Source: Paramoeba atlantica (Eukaryota > Protista > Discosea). Taken from it: DNA of 26,901 bases. Below are positions 9,546-23,053 of this stretch, one piece after another. The stretch's first letter is position 1. Each line of letters begins with the position of its first letter. Location: contig CDRNVI010000133.1 in the NCBI GenBank assembly GCA_977017575.1, forward strand, positions 1 through 26,901, read 5' to 3'. The position numbers and the translations under genes are program-made. The notes below the pieces were generated by a model that saw nothing but the letters and a program-made list of their open reading frames with translations, was not told the origin of the DNA and did no database searches.

Positions 9546-9618
9546 AGTTAGGAAACGGACTCGAACCGATATCTATAGATTTGCAATCAATTATAATAAC
9601 CATTTATACTATCCTTAA
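9546..9618 (-). tRNA. trnC: tRNA-Cys(GCA)
   Basis: TT-GCA-AA anticodon loop and U73 discriminator. Mismatches at positions 1 and 3, plus single U:U pairs in the anticodon and T stems. Confidence 0.9.
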
Positions 9619-9631
9619 AAAAAATTTTAAT

Positions 9632-9703
9632 ACTTAGGAGTAGGACTCGAACCTACACGATTTGCTGCCAAAAAACAATACTTTACCTTTCAGTCACCCT
9701 ATT
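9632..9703 (-). tRNA. trnQ: tRNA-Gln(UUG)
   Basis: TTGTT-TT-TTG-GC-AGCAA arm. Mismatches at positions 1 and 2. Confidence 0.9.
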
Positions 9704-9735
9704 TTATTATATTTAATTATATCATCTATAATTAA

Positions 9736-9807
9736 CACAGTTGATAGGATTTGAACCTATGTCATTAGTTTTGAAGACTAATATGTTAACCACTACACTA
9801 CAACTAT
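9736..9807 (-). tRNA. trnW: tRNA-Trp(UCA), reads UGA
   Basis: TTAGT-CT-TCA-AA-ACTAA arm, G73, paired acceptor stem. Confidence 0.94.
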
Positions 9808-9808
9808 T

Positions 9809-9882
9809 TATCCCCCATAGGACTTGAACCTATATCAGTACCATTATGAGTGATATGTCTTAACCAATTAGACCAGAGGGAT
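9809..9882 (-). tRNA. tRNA with CAU anticodon (elongator Met or lysidine-type Ile2)
   Basis: TATCA-CT-CAT-AA-TGGTA arm and paired acceptor stem. Identity cannot be resolved from sequence alone. Confidence 0.88.
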
Positions 9883-9898
9883 TATATTAGTAAAATTA

Positions 9899-11560
<1,662 letters not shown>

Positions 11561-11567
11561 TGTAAAT

Positions 11568-12437
11568 TTATACTAAATAAAAAATATTCTCTTTTCCATC
11601 TTTTAATTCTAATATAAGAGGAGCTACCATATCACTACCTCAACAATATATAATCATATATAAAAATAATCATACTACATCAACAAAATGTCAATATCAA
11701 GCTGCAAATTCAAAACCTAAATGGTGATTACGTGAAAAATGTGATAAATATATACGATAAGTAGTCATACTTAAAGCTATAGTACCAACAATAACGTGAA
11801 AACCATGTAAACCAGTACAACAAAAAAAAGTTGAACCATAAACACCATCTGAAATATCAAAAGCAGAAACACTATATTCATAAAACTGAAAAGATAAAAA
11901 TAATACAGCAAATACAATTGTAACAACCATAGTTAATAAACATTTATCCATATATCCTTGTTTTAAATATAAATGTGCTAAAGTTAAAGTAGCACCTGAT
12001 GTTAATAATAATAAAGTATTTAATAAAGGAATACCAAAAGGATCCATAATTATTTCACTCATTCCTACGGGAGGTCAACTACAATTTAATTCTACTGTAG
12101 GAAAAATACTTGAATGAAAAAAAGCTCAGAAAAAAGCTACAAAAAGCATTACTTCTGAAAAAATAAAAAGTAAAAAGCTTATAATTAAGCTTGATTGAAC
12201 TTGTTTAGTATGATGACCTTCATAACTTGCTTCAATTACTATATCTCTAAATCATAAACATATAATAAATATTACCATAATTAAACCTATAAAAAATACA
12301 GGTACACCATAATAAAATCCTTGAAAAAAAGTTACTAAACCTACTGGCATTGATAATGCAAACATAGATAATAATAAAGGTCATGGACTAATTGTTACAA
12401 TATGTCAAAAATGAAAATGTTTAAATTTATTAATCAT
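11568..12437 (-). CDS. cox3: Cytochrome c oxidase subunit 3 (289 aa, intact)
   Basis: SPWP, GHHT, SEVMLFVAFFWAFFHS, WPP, TGLHGFHV and WYWHFVDVVWLFLY. Confidence 0.97.
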
Positions 12438-12440
12438 ATT

Positions 12441-13460
12441 TTATATACTATTTTCTTTATTTAAAAATTCTTTTATTGATAAATTAAGTTGATCTTGTCA
12501 TCAATCATAGAAACCTCTAGTAAAAACAATAGCATTACTTCCATCTTCATAAAAATAATGATAATAATTTATTAGTTGATTAAACGAATTATTTCTAAAA
12601 TCTTCACAAGCTAAACATAAATATGTAATATAATCTAATTTAGTTATACTATATATTTCAATAGGCATAAAACCATGATTTACACCACATAATTCACTAT
12701 ATTGACCATAAAAATGACCAATTCTATCTATAAATAAATTTACCTGATTTAACCTACCAGGACAAGCATCTATTTTTATACCTAATGAAGGGACAGCTCA
12801 ACAATGTAATACATCACTAGCTGTTACATATACTTTTATAAAAGTATCTACAGGCAATACTACTGGATTTGTAGTTTCTAATAAACGTAAACCTTTATCT
12901 GATAATTCATTAGTAGGTACCATATAACTATCGAAACTAAATTCAGCTATATTATTTGAAAAAGAACCTCCTAACTCTATATTTGTATTACTCGCAATAT
13001 CATATACAATTTGAGGATTATCTAAACTAAATACAAAAGAATAAGATCAATATCACTGATGTCCTGTAACTTTCATTGTTAACAGACTTACACCAGATAT
13101 TTCCATAGCATATAATAAAGCAAAAGACGGTATTGCTATAGATATTAATATTAAACTTGGTATTATAATTCAAAGAGTTTCTAATAATGTATTATGCGAA
13201 ATTCTTACATTATAAAAATTTTTTACTTTATTAAAAATCTCTAAATTACTATTATTATTTATTGTAAATGTACTTAAAGTGAAATAAATCATAGCAAAAG
13301 TAAATACAACAATAAAAACTAAAAAAAACATAATATGATTATGCAAATCAATAATTCCTCGAGCTATAGTATTAGCTGGGTATTGAAAACCTAATTGTCC
13401 AGGTAAAGCATAATCTGCCTCTAAATTTGAAAAAATTATATTATTTACAAAATTAATCAT
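12441..13460 (-). CDS. cox2: Cytochrome c oxidase subunit 2 (339 aa, intact frame)
   Basis: QLGFQ, GHQWYWSY, DVLHCWAVPSLG and [15 protein letters not shown] (first CuA Cys reads Tyr). Confidence 0.96.
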
Positions 13461-13465
13461 TTTTT

Positions 13466-14965
13466 TTAAATATTAATACATCATTTATTATAAGAGCCTA
13501 AAAAACTTTCTAAAAAGTTATAATTTAGACCAACTTTATCAGGATGAATTACATCATTTAAAAATTGAAAAAAAGGTAATCAAAATAATTTTTTACTTTC
13601 TAAAACCATTTCTTCAAATACACCATTTATTTTATTTATAGCTAATTTATCAAAAAAACCTTTAGAACCTGCAAAAACTGATAATAAAGATAAATCTAAT
13701 GAATAATTATTAAATCTACTTTGTACAAATAATTCAGTTAATCTATAACCACGATCTAATAATTGTTGAGTAACAGGATCTATATCACAACCTAAACTAG
13801 CAAAACTTTCAACTTCTCTAAATTGGGCTAAACCAACCTTTAAAGAACCTGCTAATGATTTCATTAATTTAGGTTGTGCAGCTCCACCAACTCTACTAAC
13901 CGATAAACCAACACTTACTGCTGGTCTTATACCTGAATAAAATTGTTCAGTATCTAAAAATATTTGACCATCTGTAATAGATATAACATTAGTTGGAATA
14001 TAAGCCGAAACATCTCCTTCTAATGTTTCAATAACAGGTAAACCGGTTATTGAACCTGAACCTAATTTAGTAGATAATTTAGAAGATCTTTCTAATAATC
14101 TAGAATGTAAATAAAAAACATCTCCTGGATAAGCTTCTCTACCTGGTGGTCTTCTTAATAATAAAGACATTTGTCTATAAGCGGCAGCATGTTTAGTTAA
14201 ATCATCATATATAATGACACAATGTTTTTTATTATCTCTAAAATACTCACTTATAGAAGTACCTACATAAGGTGCTAAATATTGTAATGATGCAGATTCA
14301 GAAGCAAATGCACTTACAATAACTGTATATTGCGCTGATTGAAATGATTGTAAAGTACTAAATATTCTAGCAGCTGTTGATTTTTTTTGACCAATAGCTA
14401 CATAAACACAATATAAATTAACATTTTTAAAATCAACATTATTATTATAATTTAATTGATTAATAATAGTATCGACAGCTATAGAAGTTTTACCTGTTTG
14501 TCTATCACCAATAATTAATTCACGTTGACCACGACCTATAGGAATTAAAGAATCTATAGATTTCATACCTGTTAACATAGGTTCATGAACAGATTGTCTA
14601 GCGATAATACCTACTGCTTTTTGCTCAACATTTTTAACTTCTGTTGCAGCAATAGCTGTATCATTATCTATAGGCTCACCTATAGCATTAATAACTCTAC
14701 CTAATAATTTAGAAGAAATATTAATAGTCATTAATTTACCTGTATTTTTGACTCGAACCCCTTGTTTAATTAATTGTTCATTACCAAAAATAACAGAACT
14801 AATTTCATTTTCAGCTAAGTTTAATGCTAATCCTTTAGCACCACTAGAAAATTCTAAAACTTCTCCTGCTTTAGCGTTTTCTAATCCTTTAATTGTTGCA
14901 ATACCATCCTTAACTTTAATTACAATTCCAAAATAAATATTATTTTGCTGATTATTAGCGTCCAT
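13466..14965 (-). CDS. atp1: ATP synthase F1 alpha subunit (499 aa)
   Basis: GDRQTGKT Walker [24 protein letters not shown] and [13 protein letters not shown]. Extends past the TGA at 13580 to TAA at 13466. Confidence 0.97.
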
Positions 14966-15080
14966 AATTATTTATCTTAAAATACATAATTATTATTATA
15001 ATAAATTTATGTGTAATAACGATAAATAAACACACAAAACAAAAAAAGATCAAGTTTAAAGATATTATTATTTTAATAAA

Positions 15081-15794
15081 TTAAAAATAATATCTTGTAT
15101 AAAAATTCATTATATTTAAAAAAGTATAAGAAGTAACCGGAGCAAAAAAAGGTACATCATATATATTAAGACTTATAAATTTAAAAACAAAATTATTATA
15201 ATCATATTCAATATAATTAGGTATAATACTTCGAGATCAATTTTTTGTTTTTATATTATAATATAATTTTTTTTTAAAATATAATATTTTTTTTTTATTT
15301 AAAGTTAATATATCACCTTTTTTTAAATTATATTGTGGATTAATTATAATATTATTATTAACAATAATATTACCATTAAATATTCATTGTCTAGCTGATC
15401 TAACACTTTTAACTAAATGTAATCTATAAACTAATACATCTAATCTAGATTCCATCATATAAATAAAATAACTTAAAGCATATTTTTTTTTAAAACTTTT
15501 TTTTATGATTTTTTTTATATTTTTAATACTTAAAAAACCATAAAAAATTCTAAATTGTCTTCGTAAAATAAAATATTTACCATATCTAGTTCTTCTTCTA
15601 AAATATACAGGTTTCTCAAAATTATTAATCCTATAAAAATTTATTCTTTTATTATATTTAAATTTTTTTATTTTTAATAATTTAATAATATAATTTCTAA
15701 TTAATAATAATTTTCTATTTAATATTATTCTACCTCAAAGATCTCTTTTATAAACTCTTATTAAATTTAATTTTTTATAATTTACTTTTAACAT
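15081..15794 (-). CDS. rps4: Mitochondrial ribosomal protein S4 (237 aa), not in the ORF track
   Basis: MESRLDVLVYRLHLVKSVRSARQWIFNGNIIVN...PQYNLKKGDIL is the S4 domain. Frame is continuous with two TGA-Trp codons in the N-terminal and S4 regions and a third near the C-terminus. Confidence 0.9.
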
Positions 15795-16394
15795 TTTTTA
15801 AATAAAATTCTATTTTGCTTATATATATATTTTCATAAATTATATATAATTAAAGAATTATTAACCATAATATTATAACAAATATGAATATCCTTTTCTA
15901 AAAATGATGTGTTTTTTATAGATAATATTTTATATTCTAAAAATATTTTAAAAAAATTATTATAATCTTTTCAACTATCTTTTGACATAAATACTATATC
16001 AGGTAACCTTTTTGATCTATAATTAACTATATTTTTATAATGTTTTCGACCTTTTTTAATAAACATATAAAAATTAGATATAAAACCATAAATTTTTATC
16101 TAAATATACCATATAAAAATTTTTTATTTTTACTCTTTTTAATGAAGTATTAATTATATTACTATCTGATAATAAACATAATAAAGATATACCTAATTTA
16201 GTTGAAATATAATTAATTATATTAATTATATTTTTTATATTAAAAAATATAGAAACAATATCTATAATTACATAATTATGTAATTTACATCAACCAATTA
16301 TATTATTAATTTGTTGTCTACCTCATTTATTTTTTTTATGTAAAGATATATTATAATTACTTGAAATTAACTGATTTAAATATAAATACTTCAT
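15788..16394 (-). CDS. rps2: Mitochondrial ribosomal protein S2, divergent, one frameshift near 16090-16097
   Basis: N-terminal H-K-K-N-K-W...IID, G-F-I-S-N (G-x-L-T-N-like), RLPDIVF and C-terminal IMVNN. Typical nad2-rps2-rps4 position. Overlaps the rps4 start by 7 nt. Confidence 0.7.
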
Positions 16395-16406
16395 AAATTA
16401 TTATTA

Positions 16407-17899
16407 TTATATTATATAATTTAAATATTCTAATAAAAAAGGCAATAATAATATAAAAATCGAATTTACTACAAATAATATAACAATTATGTAAGCATAA
16501 CTTCTTTTTAAAGGAGTTAAAAAAAATCAATAAAAACTATTATTAAACATAATAATTTTTATTAACCTTAAATAATAAAAACAACTAACTACACTAAATA
16601 AAAGTCCAATTACTACTAATAAATAATAATTTTGTTTTAATGCACTAATGAAAATAAAAAATTTACTGAAAAATCCAGCTAATGGTGGTATTCCTGCTAA
16701 TGAAAATATAGCTATTAATAAAATTATAAATAATAAATTATTAGATTTTATAATATATAAAAATTGATATATAGTATTAATCCCTTTATAATTATTAAAT
16801 TTAAATATATTTAATCATATTATTAAAATATTTATTAAAGCTAAAATATAAATTATTATATATAAAGTTAAAGTCAATACATCATTTAATATTAAAATTA
16901 ATAATATAAAACCCATATGATTAATAGAACTGTAAGCTATTAATCTTGAAAATTTTTTAGATTGTAAAGCCCCTAATATACCTATAAATCAAGATAATAG
17001 TATAAATATTAAAAAAATATTTGTCAGTCGATTAAATCTTTTATTAAAATTATAGAATATATTTTTCAAAAAAATATTAATATAGCCAATTTAGGCAATA
17101 ATGCAAAAATAGCTAATACTATTTTCAAAGAACCTTCATAAATATCTGGTAATCATATATGAAACGGAGGTATAGCTAATTTGAAAAATAATCCTATATT
17201 AATAAATAATAAACCTATAAATATATAAGAATCCCAATTTATATTATATAAACCTAATTCAAATAATTTTGATAAATCATAAAAATTAGTAAATCCAGTT
17301 ACACCATATATAATTGCTATACCTACTATTAATAAACTTGATGAAAATGATCCTAATATAAAATATTTTAAACCAGCTTCTATAGAACTATTCTTATTTC
17401 TATTTATTGCCGCTAAAATATAAAAACATAAACTTTGTAATTCGATAGAAAGATATGCTGTAATAAAATCATATGATAATAATAAAGTTATCATACCAAT
17501 AAAAGATAATAACATTAATATATAAAATTCAAATATTAATAATTTATTTAATCTCATATAATTATAAGAAGTAACTAATAATATAATCATAATTATTGAC
17601 AATAAATTTTTATAAAAAAAAATTATACCGTCACTATATAATAAATAAGATGAAATAATAAAATTATTATCTATATTATTAATATTTAATAATATAAATA
17701 ATATTAATATAAATACCAATAAATTAATAGTACAATAAACTAATTTTATATATTTATATACATTAATATTTGAATAAAAAATAATAAATACTAAAATTAA
17801 TAAAACACCAGAAATTAAAAATATTTCTGGTAATAAATATTTAATATCATTATATATAGAATGATATTCCTGATTTTTAAAAATAATTGTAAAATTCAT
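16407..17899 (-). CDS. nad2: NADH dehydrogenase subunit 2, one -1 frameshift at 17011-17017
   Basis: SIELQSL, EAGLKYFILG, FKLAIPPFHIWLPDIYEG, RLIAYSSINHMG, FSLAGIPPLAGFFSK and FYYLRLI. Confidence 0.94.
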
Positions 17900-17910
17900 A
17901 ATAATTAAAT

Positions 17911-19384
17911 TTAAATAAGTGATAAAATTGATAGATAAGTTACATTAAAAATTAAATCAGGATAAAAACCTAATAAAAAAATTTAAAAAAATAAATGGTA
18001 ATATTAAAAAGAATTCTCTTTTAGTAATATCTGAAAATTTTATAAATCATTTTTTATAATAAAAATTATTATAAATCATTATATTATAATTTTTTATTTC
18101 ACCGAAAATTAATCTATTATATAACCATATTGAATAAACAGCTGCAAAAACAACACTAGTAAATAATAATAATGAAATTTTTATATTTCATAAAAAAACT
18201 CCTATTAATATTAAAATTTCACCAATAAAACCACTTGTTCCAGGGAAGCCCATATTACTTAAAGAAAAAATCATAAATATTACAGCAAATATAGGCATAA
18301 CTTGTACTAAACCTCCATAATAATATAATATACGACTATGATAACGATCATATAAAACACCTATGCAAAAAAATAAAGAACTTGATATTATACCATGACT
18401 AATCATTAAGAATAAACTACCTTGTAAACCTTCTAAATTATTAGCAAATAAACCTATTATTGCAAAATTCATATGTACAACAGATGAATATGCTATTATT
18501 TTTTTCAAATCTATTTGTCTAATTTGTTACTAACGAACCGTATATAACACTAATTATACAAATAACTATAACTAAAGGTGAAAAAAATTTCATTCCATAA
18601 GGAAATAAAGGTAATAAAAATCTTAAAAAACCATAAGTACCTAATTTTAATAAAATACCAGCTAATAAGATAGAACCTGTTGTAGGTGCTTCGACATGAG
18701 CTTCTGGTAATCATATATGAAAAGGTATCATTGGTACTTTTATAGCAAATGCTATAAAAAAACCTAATCATAATATTAATTGTCGTTGATCAGAAAATTC
18801 AATATATTTAATTATATTTCAATTTGTAGAACCTACATGTAAGTAAATTATTAAAAAAGATACTAACATAAATATTGATCCAAAAAAAGTATATAAAAAA
18901 AATTGATAAACAGCATGAATTTTTCGTTGTCTTGAACCTCATATACCTATAATAAAAACATAGGTATTAAAACACCTTCAAAAAATATATAAAAAAAAAA
19001 TATATCTAAACAACAAAAAATACAAAAAACTAAAAATTCTAATATAAATAAAGTAATAGTAAAATCTTTATTACGATATTTCACACTTTCTCAATTTACT
19101 AATAACGAAATAGGTAAAAGTAAACTCATTAATAATATAAAAAAAATAGAAATACCATCTATACCTATACTAAAATCCATACCAGGATAATAACTAATAC
19201 TTGATTGAAATTGAATATACGAATAATATATATTAAAATTACCTAATAATTTAATACAATAAAAAAAAATTATTATACTAAATAATAAAGATAATTGTTT
19301 TAATAATATAATTTTTTTCTTAGGTATTAAACTTAAAATAAACGCAAAAAATAATGGTAAAAAAAGTAAAATTTTTAATAACAT
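17911..19384 (-). CDS. nad4: NADH dehydrogenase subunit 4, three homopolymer frameshifts
   Basis: [63 protein letters not shown] and DITKREF. Shifts at 18954-18958 (-1), 18523-18525 (+1) and 17975-17980 (+1). Confidence 0.94.
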
Positions 19385-19417
19385 TCAAAATTTTTTATAT
19401 TTTATTATTCTAAAAAA

Positions 19418-20403
19418 TTAAGGTAAAAAATCAAAACCAATCATTATACCTGCATAGAAAACTAATAAACCTAATGATAACGGTAAAAATACTTTTCAAC
19501 CTAATATCATTAATTGATCATATCTATATCTAGGTAACATGGCTCTTATTACTATAAATAAAAATATCATTAAAACAATTTTTATTGTAAATCATACTAT
19601 AGGCGGTAAAAAAAAATTAAAATTAAAAGGTGGTAATCAACCTCCTAAAAATAAAATTACATTTAATGCACTCATTAATATAATATTAGCATATTCACCG
19701 ATAAAAAAAAAGCAAATCCTACTGATGAATATTCTACATTATAACCAGAAACTAATTCTGCTTCTGCCTCAGGTAAATCAAAAGGGTGTCTATTAGTTTC
19801 TGCAACAGAAGATATAAAAAATAATAAAAATAAAGGAAAAAATGGTATAATAAATCAAATATCCTCTTGAGCTAATACTATATTACTTAAATTTAAAGAA
19901 CCTACACCTATTAGAAGAGTTATTAATATTATACCTATAGATACTTCATAAGATATCATTTGTGCAGCAGATCTAAGAGCACCTAAAAATGCATATTTTG
20001 AATTACTAGCTCAACCAGCTATAATAACACCATATACACTTAAAGAAGAAATACCCAAAATAAACAAAACTCCTATATTAATATTAGATATTACTACATT
20101 TTCATCAAAAGGTATTAATATTCAATTTATTAAACTTAATAATAATGTTAATATTGGAGCTGCTATATACATTAAATAATTTGAATTTACCGGTATAACA
20201 GGTTCTTTTATCATTAATTTTAAACCATCGGCAAAAGGTTGCAAAATACCTAAAAAACCTACTTTTATAGGACCTTGTCTTCGTTGTATATAACCCATAA
20301 CTTTTCTTTCAAAAACTGTAAAAATAGCTACAGTTACTAATACAGGTACTATTAAAATTAAATATTTTAATATTGTTATAATTAAAGTTAACAAAAAATT
20401 CAT
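19418..20403 (-). CDS. nad1: NADH dehydrogenase subunit 1, one -1 frameshift at 19703-19711
   Basis: [71 protein letters not shown] and PRYRYDQLM. Confidence 0.95.
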
Positions 20404-20416
20404 ATTTTAAAATCTT

Positions 20417-22448
20417 TTAATGAAAATTATTATATATTTTTTTAGAATTAATTAAACAACTGTTTAAAATTTTTGATGATTGTAAAAATTTATTATTAGA
20501 ATATATATTAGTCATATTTTTATATAAATTTTTATTTTTCAAAACCATAATATTTTTATAATTTGATATTTCATTATTATTATATATATTTAATATAGTA
20601 TTTATATTTATATTATAAGAACTTAATAATAATCTAATATTACTAAAAGATAATTTCATAATCTTTTCATCACTAATAATTGTTTTAAATAATATATATA
20701 ATATTTTTCAATCATTTCTTGCATTCTTCGGCGGAAATAAAATAAATTTTGTCGATTGACAATAACCAAATATATTTATAAATAAACTTTTTTTTTCATA
20801 ATGAGTTATTGATGGTAATAATAAATCATAATTATTAATTTCTTTTAATATAGGTAAATAACAACCTTGAAAAATATTATAATCACAATTATAATTTAAA
20901 TAATTATAATTATAATTATTTAAATTATATAAAATATTATTTTCTTTATAAATCATTTTTTTAAAACTATAATCATTAAATTTTACTAATGAATTAAATA
21001 AATTTAATTCATTAGCTATAATATTTATATTTAAATTATTTAAAAACCCTATATTAATACTTGATTCTAAATTTAAATTTTTCAATGTTGTAATTAAAAA
21101 ATTAAATAAAGTATTATCATTTAATAAAATTAAATTTTTAGATGCTTTTAATACAATATTATTTAATAAAGATTTTCCCTCTATAAATTTTTTTACTTCT
21201 AATAAATTAGATGAATAATTTATATTTTTATAATTTTGATTATAAGAGGTCCCTATATTATAAATATTTAATAATTTTAAATCTTTAAATCGTTTTAACT
21301 TTATATTTAATAAAGGATATTCTAATCTAATATTTATATTAATTAATATAATATTTTTAAATTCATTTAATTCTTTATATATATTATAATCTAAAATATA
21401 ATTTTTACGATTATTTGAATTCCTAGTTAATTTTTTATAATTAATAGTAAATTCATGATTATTAAAATAATTTTTTCCTTTTTTTATTACTAAAGCAGTT
21501 TCACTATCTATATTATCACCTATTAAAAAATGTAAATTACTATTTAAACATTTTTTTAATATTAAATTTAATACTTTTTCTCAACTATATATAATAAATT
21601 TATTTGCACCTTCCTTTTTTAAAGGATTAATTATTCGATTATTCTTTTGATTATCATAAGAAAAACGAGTTAGATCTGAGATTCAGATCTCATGTATATA
21701 ATCATTAAATAAAGGTAAAACTCTTAATATTTCACTATCTCTAATATCTATTCTAATATTTATATGTAATAAATCATTAATATCTATAGTATTTCAAGAA
21801 ATAAGTTCTCAAGGTCTAGAAATGAATGAATAAGGTTTAGAAGTTAAAGCACCTACAGGGCATAAATCAATTAAATTACCAGATAATTCCGAATTAATAT
21901 TTTTTGATAAAAAATTACTTATTTCTATATTTTGTCCTCGACCTATCAAACCAAAATATTTATAACCAATAAACTCATCTATAAAACGTATACATCTAGT
22001 ACAATGAATACATCTTGTCATAATAGTTTTTATTAAAGGTCCACAATCTTTATCATTAACAGATCTTTTATTTTCATAAAATCTACCTCTATCATTACCA
22101 AAAAATTAATGATTGATCTTGTAAATCACATTCACCTCCTTGATCACAAATAGGACAATCTAATGGATGATTTAATAATAAAAATTCTAAAACACCTTCT
22201 CTAGCCTTTTTAACTAATTTAGTATTAGTTAATATATGCATATTATTATTTAAAGGGGATGCACAAGAAGCTATAGGTTTTATAGCTCCTTTTACTTCAA
22301 CTAAACACATTCTACAATTACCTGCTATAGATAATTGTTCATGATAACAAAATTTTGGTATATCTATATTAATCATATTACATAATTGTAATATAGTTTT
22401 CATATTATTATCTTTAACTGCAATATTATTTATTTTATAATTATTCAT
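20417..22448 (-). CDS. nad11: NADH dehydrogenase subunit 11 (75 kDa, NuoG homolog), one +1 frameshift at 22100-22105
   Basis: Fe-S motifs CYH...GNCRMCLVE...[20 protein letters not shown] and RCIHCTRC...DLCPVGAL. After the shift the frame is continuous through track ORFs 21809, 20708 and 20417. Confidence 0.94.
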
Positions 22449-22449
22449 T

Positions 22450-23037
22450 TTATGGATTCTTTATAAACCTTTTATTTTGTTCAAAAATTACCTGTTCTTT
22501 TAGATAATATGTTCTTTTACATGTTAATATAATAACACCAATCATAGCTAATAATAATATAAGACTAAGTATTATAAATAATATATAATGCTTATCGTAT
22601 AATATTAAAGATATCAAATTTAAATTTGATATATTATATAAAATATTATAATAATTTATATAATTATTATTGTTTGAGGAATCTATATTAAAAATTACAT
22701 TAATCGGTATATAATATAAATAAATTAAAAATATTATTAATAAAGTTAATAATATAATACCTATCAAATATTTTATATTTAATTCATTCAATTCTATAAC
22801 TTTTATATTTAACATATAAATAATAAATAAAAATAATACTGCTATTGCACCTATATAAACTATTAAAAACACCATAGACATAAATTCCAACTCCAACAAT
22901 AATAATATAAAAACTATATTACAAAAAACTAATATTAAATAAATAATAGAATGTAAAGGATTTTTAGAAATTATTACTAAAATAGCCGATACAATACTTA
23001 TTATAAAAAAAAATATATAAAATAAATTTTGATCCAT
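22450..23037 (-). CDS. nad6: NADH dehydrogenase subunit 6
   Basis: [28 protein letters not shown] and [11 protein letters not shown]. Confidence 0.95.
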   Translation of the reverse strand: MDQNLFYIFFFIISIVSAILVIISKNPLHSIIYLILVFCNIVFILLLLELEFMSMVFLIVYIGAIAVLFLFIIYMLNIKVIELNELNIKYLIGIILLTLLIIFLIYLYYIPINVIFNIDSSNNNNYINYYNILYNISNLNLISLILYDKHYILFIILSLILLLAMIGVIILTCKRTYYLKEQVIFEQNKRFIKNP

Positions 23038-23053
23038 ATGTTTTAAAAAAATT

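Noticed and set aside
8234-9882. Recurring GGA(C/T)TCGAACC motif at roughly 70-100 nt spacing, resembling a CRISPR or repeat array
   Set aside because: It is the reverse complement of the tRNA T-loop, and each copy belongs to a full cloverleaf.
14748-14936. Plus-strand 62-aa ORF
   Set aside because: Antisense shadow of atp1.
14955-15080. 41 hydrophobic codons in frame after the rps4 stop
   Set aside because: No start codon near its 5' end, no motif, and short enough to be chance.
18550-18771. 73-aa minus-strand ORF
   Set aside because: Alternative frame within nad4.
19539-19796. Plus-strand 85-aa ORF
   Set aside because: Antisense shadow of nad1.
20417-21085. Two Asn-rich orphan ORFs
   Set aside because: Both are in frame with nad11 through TGA-Trp codons.
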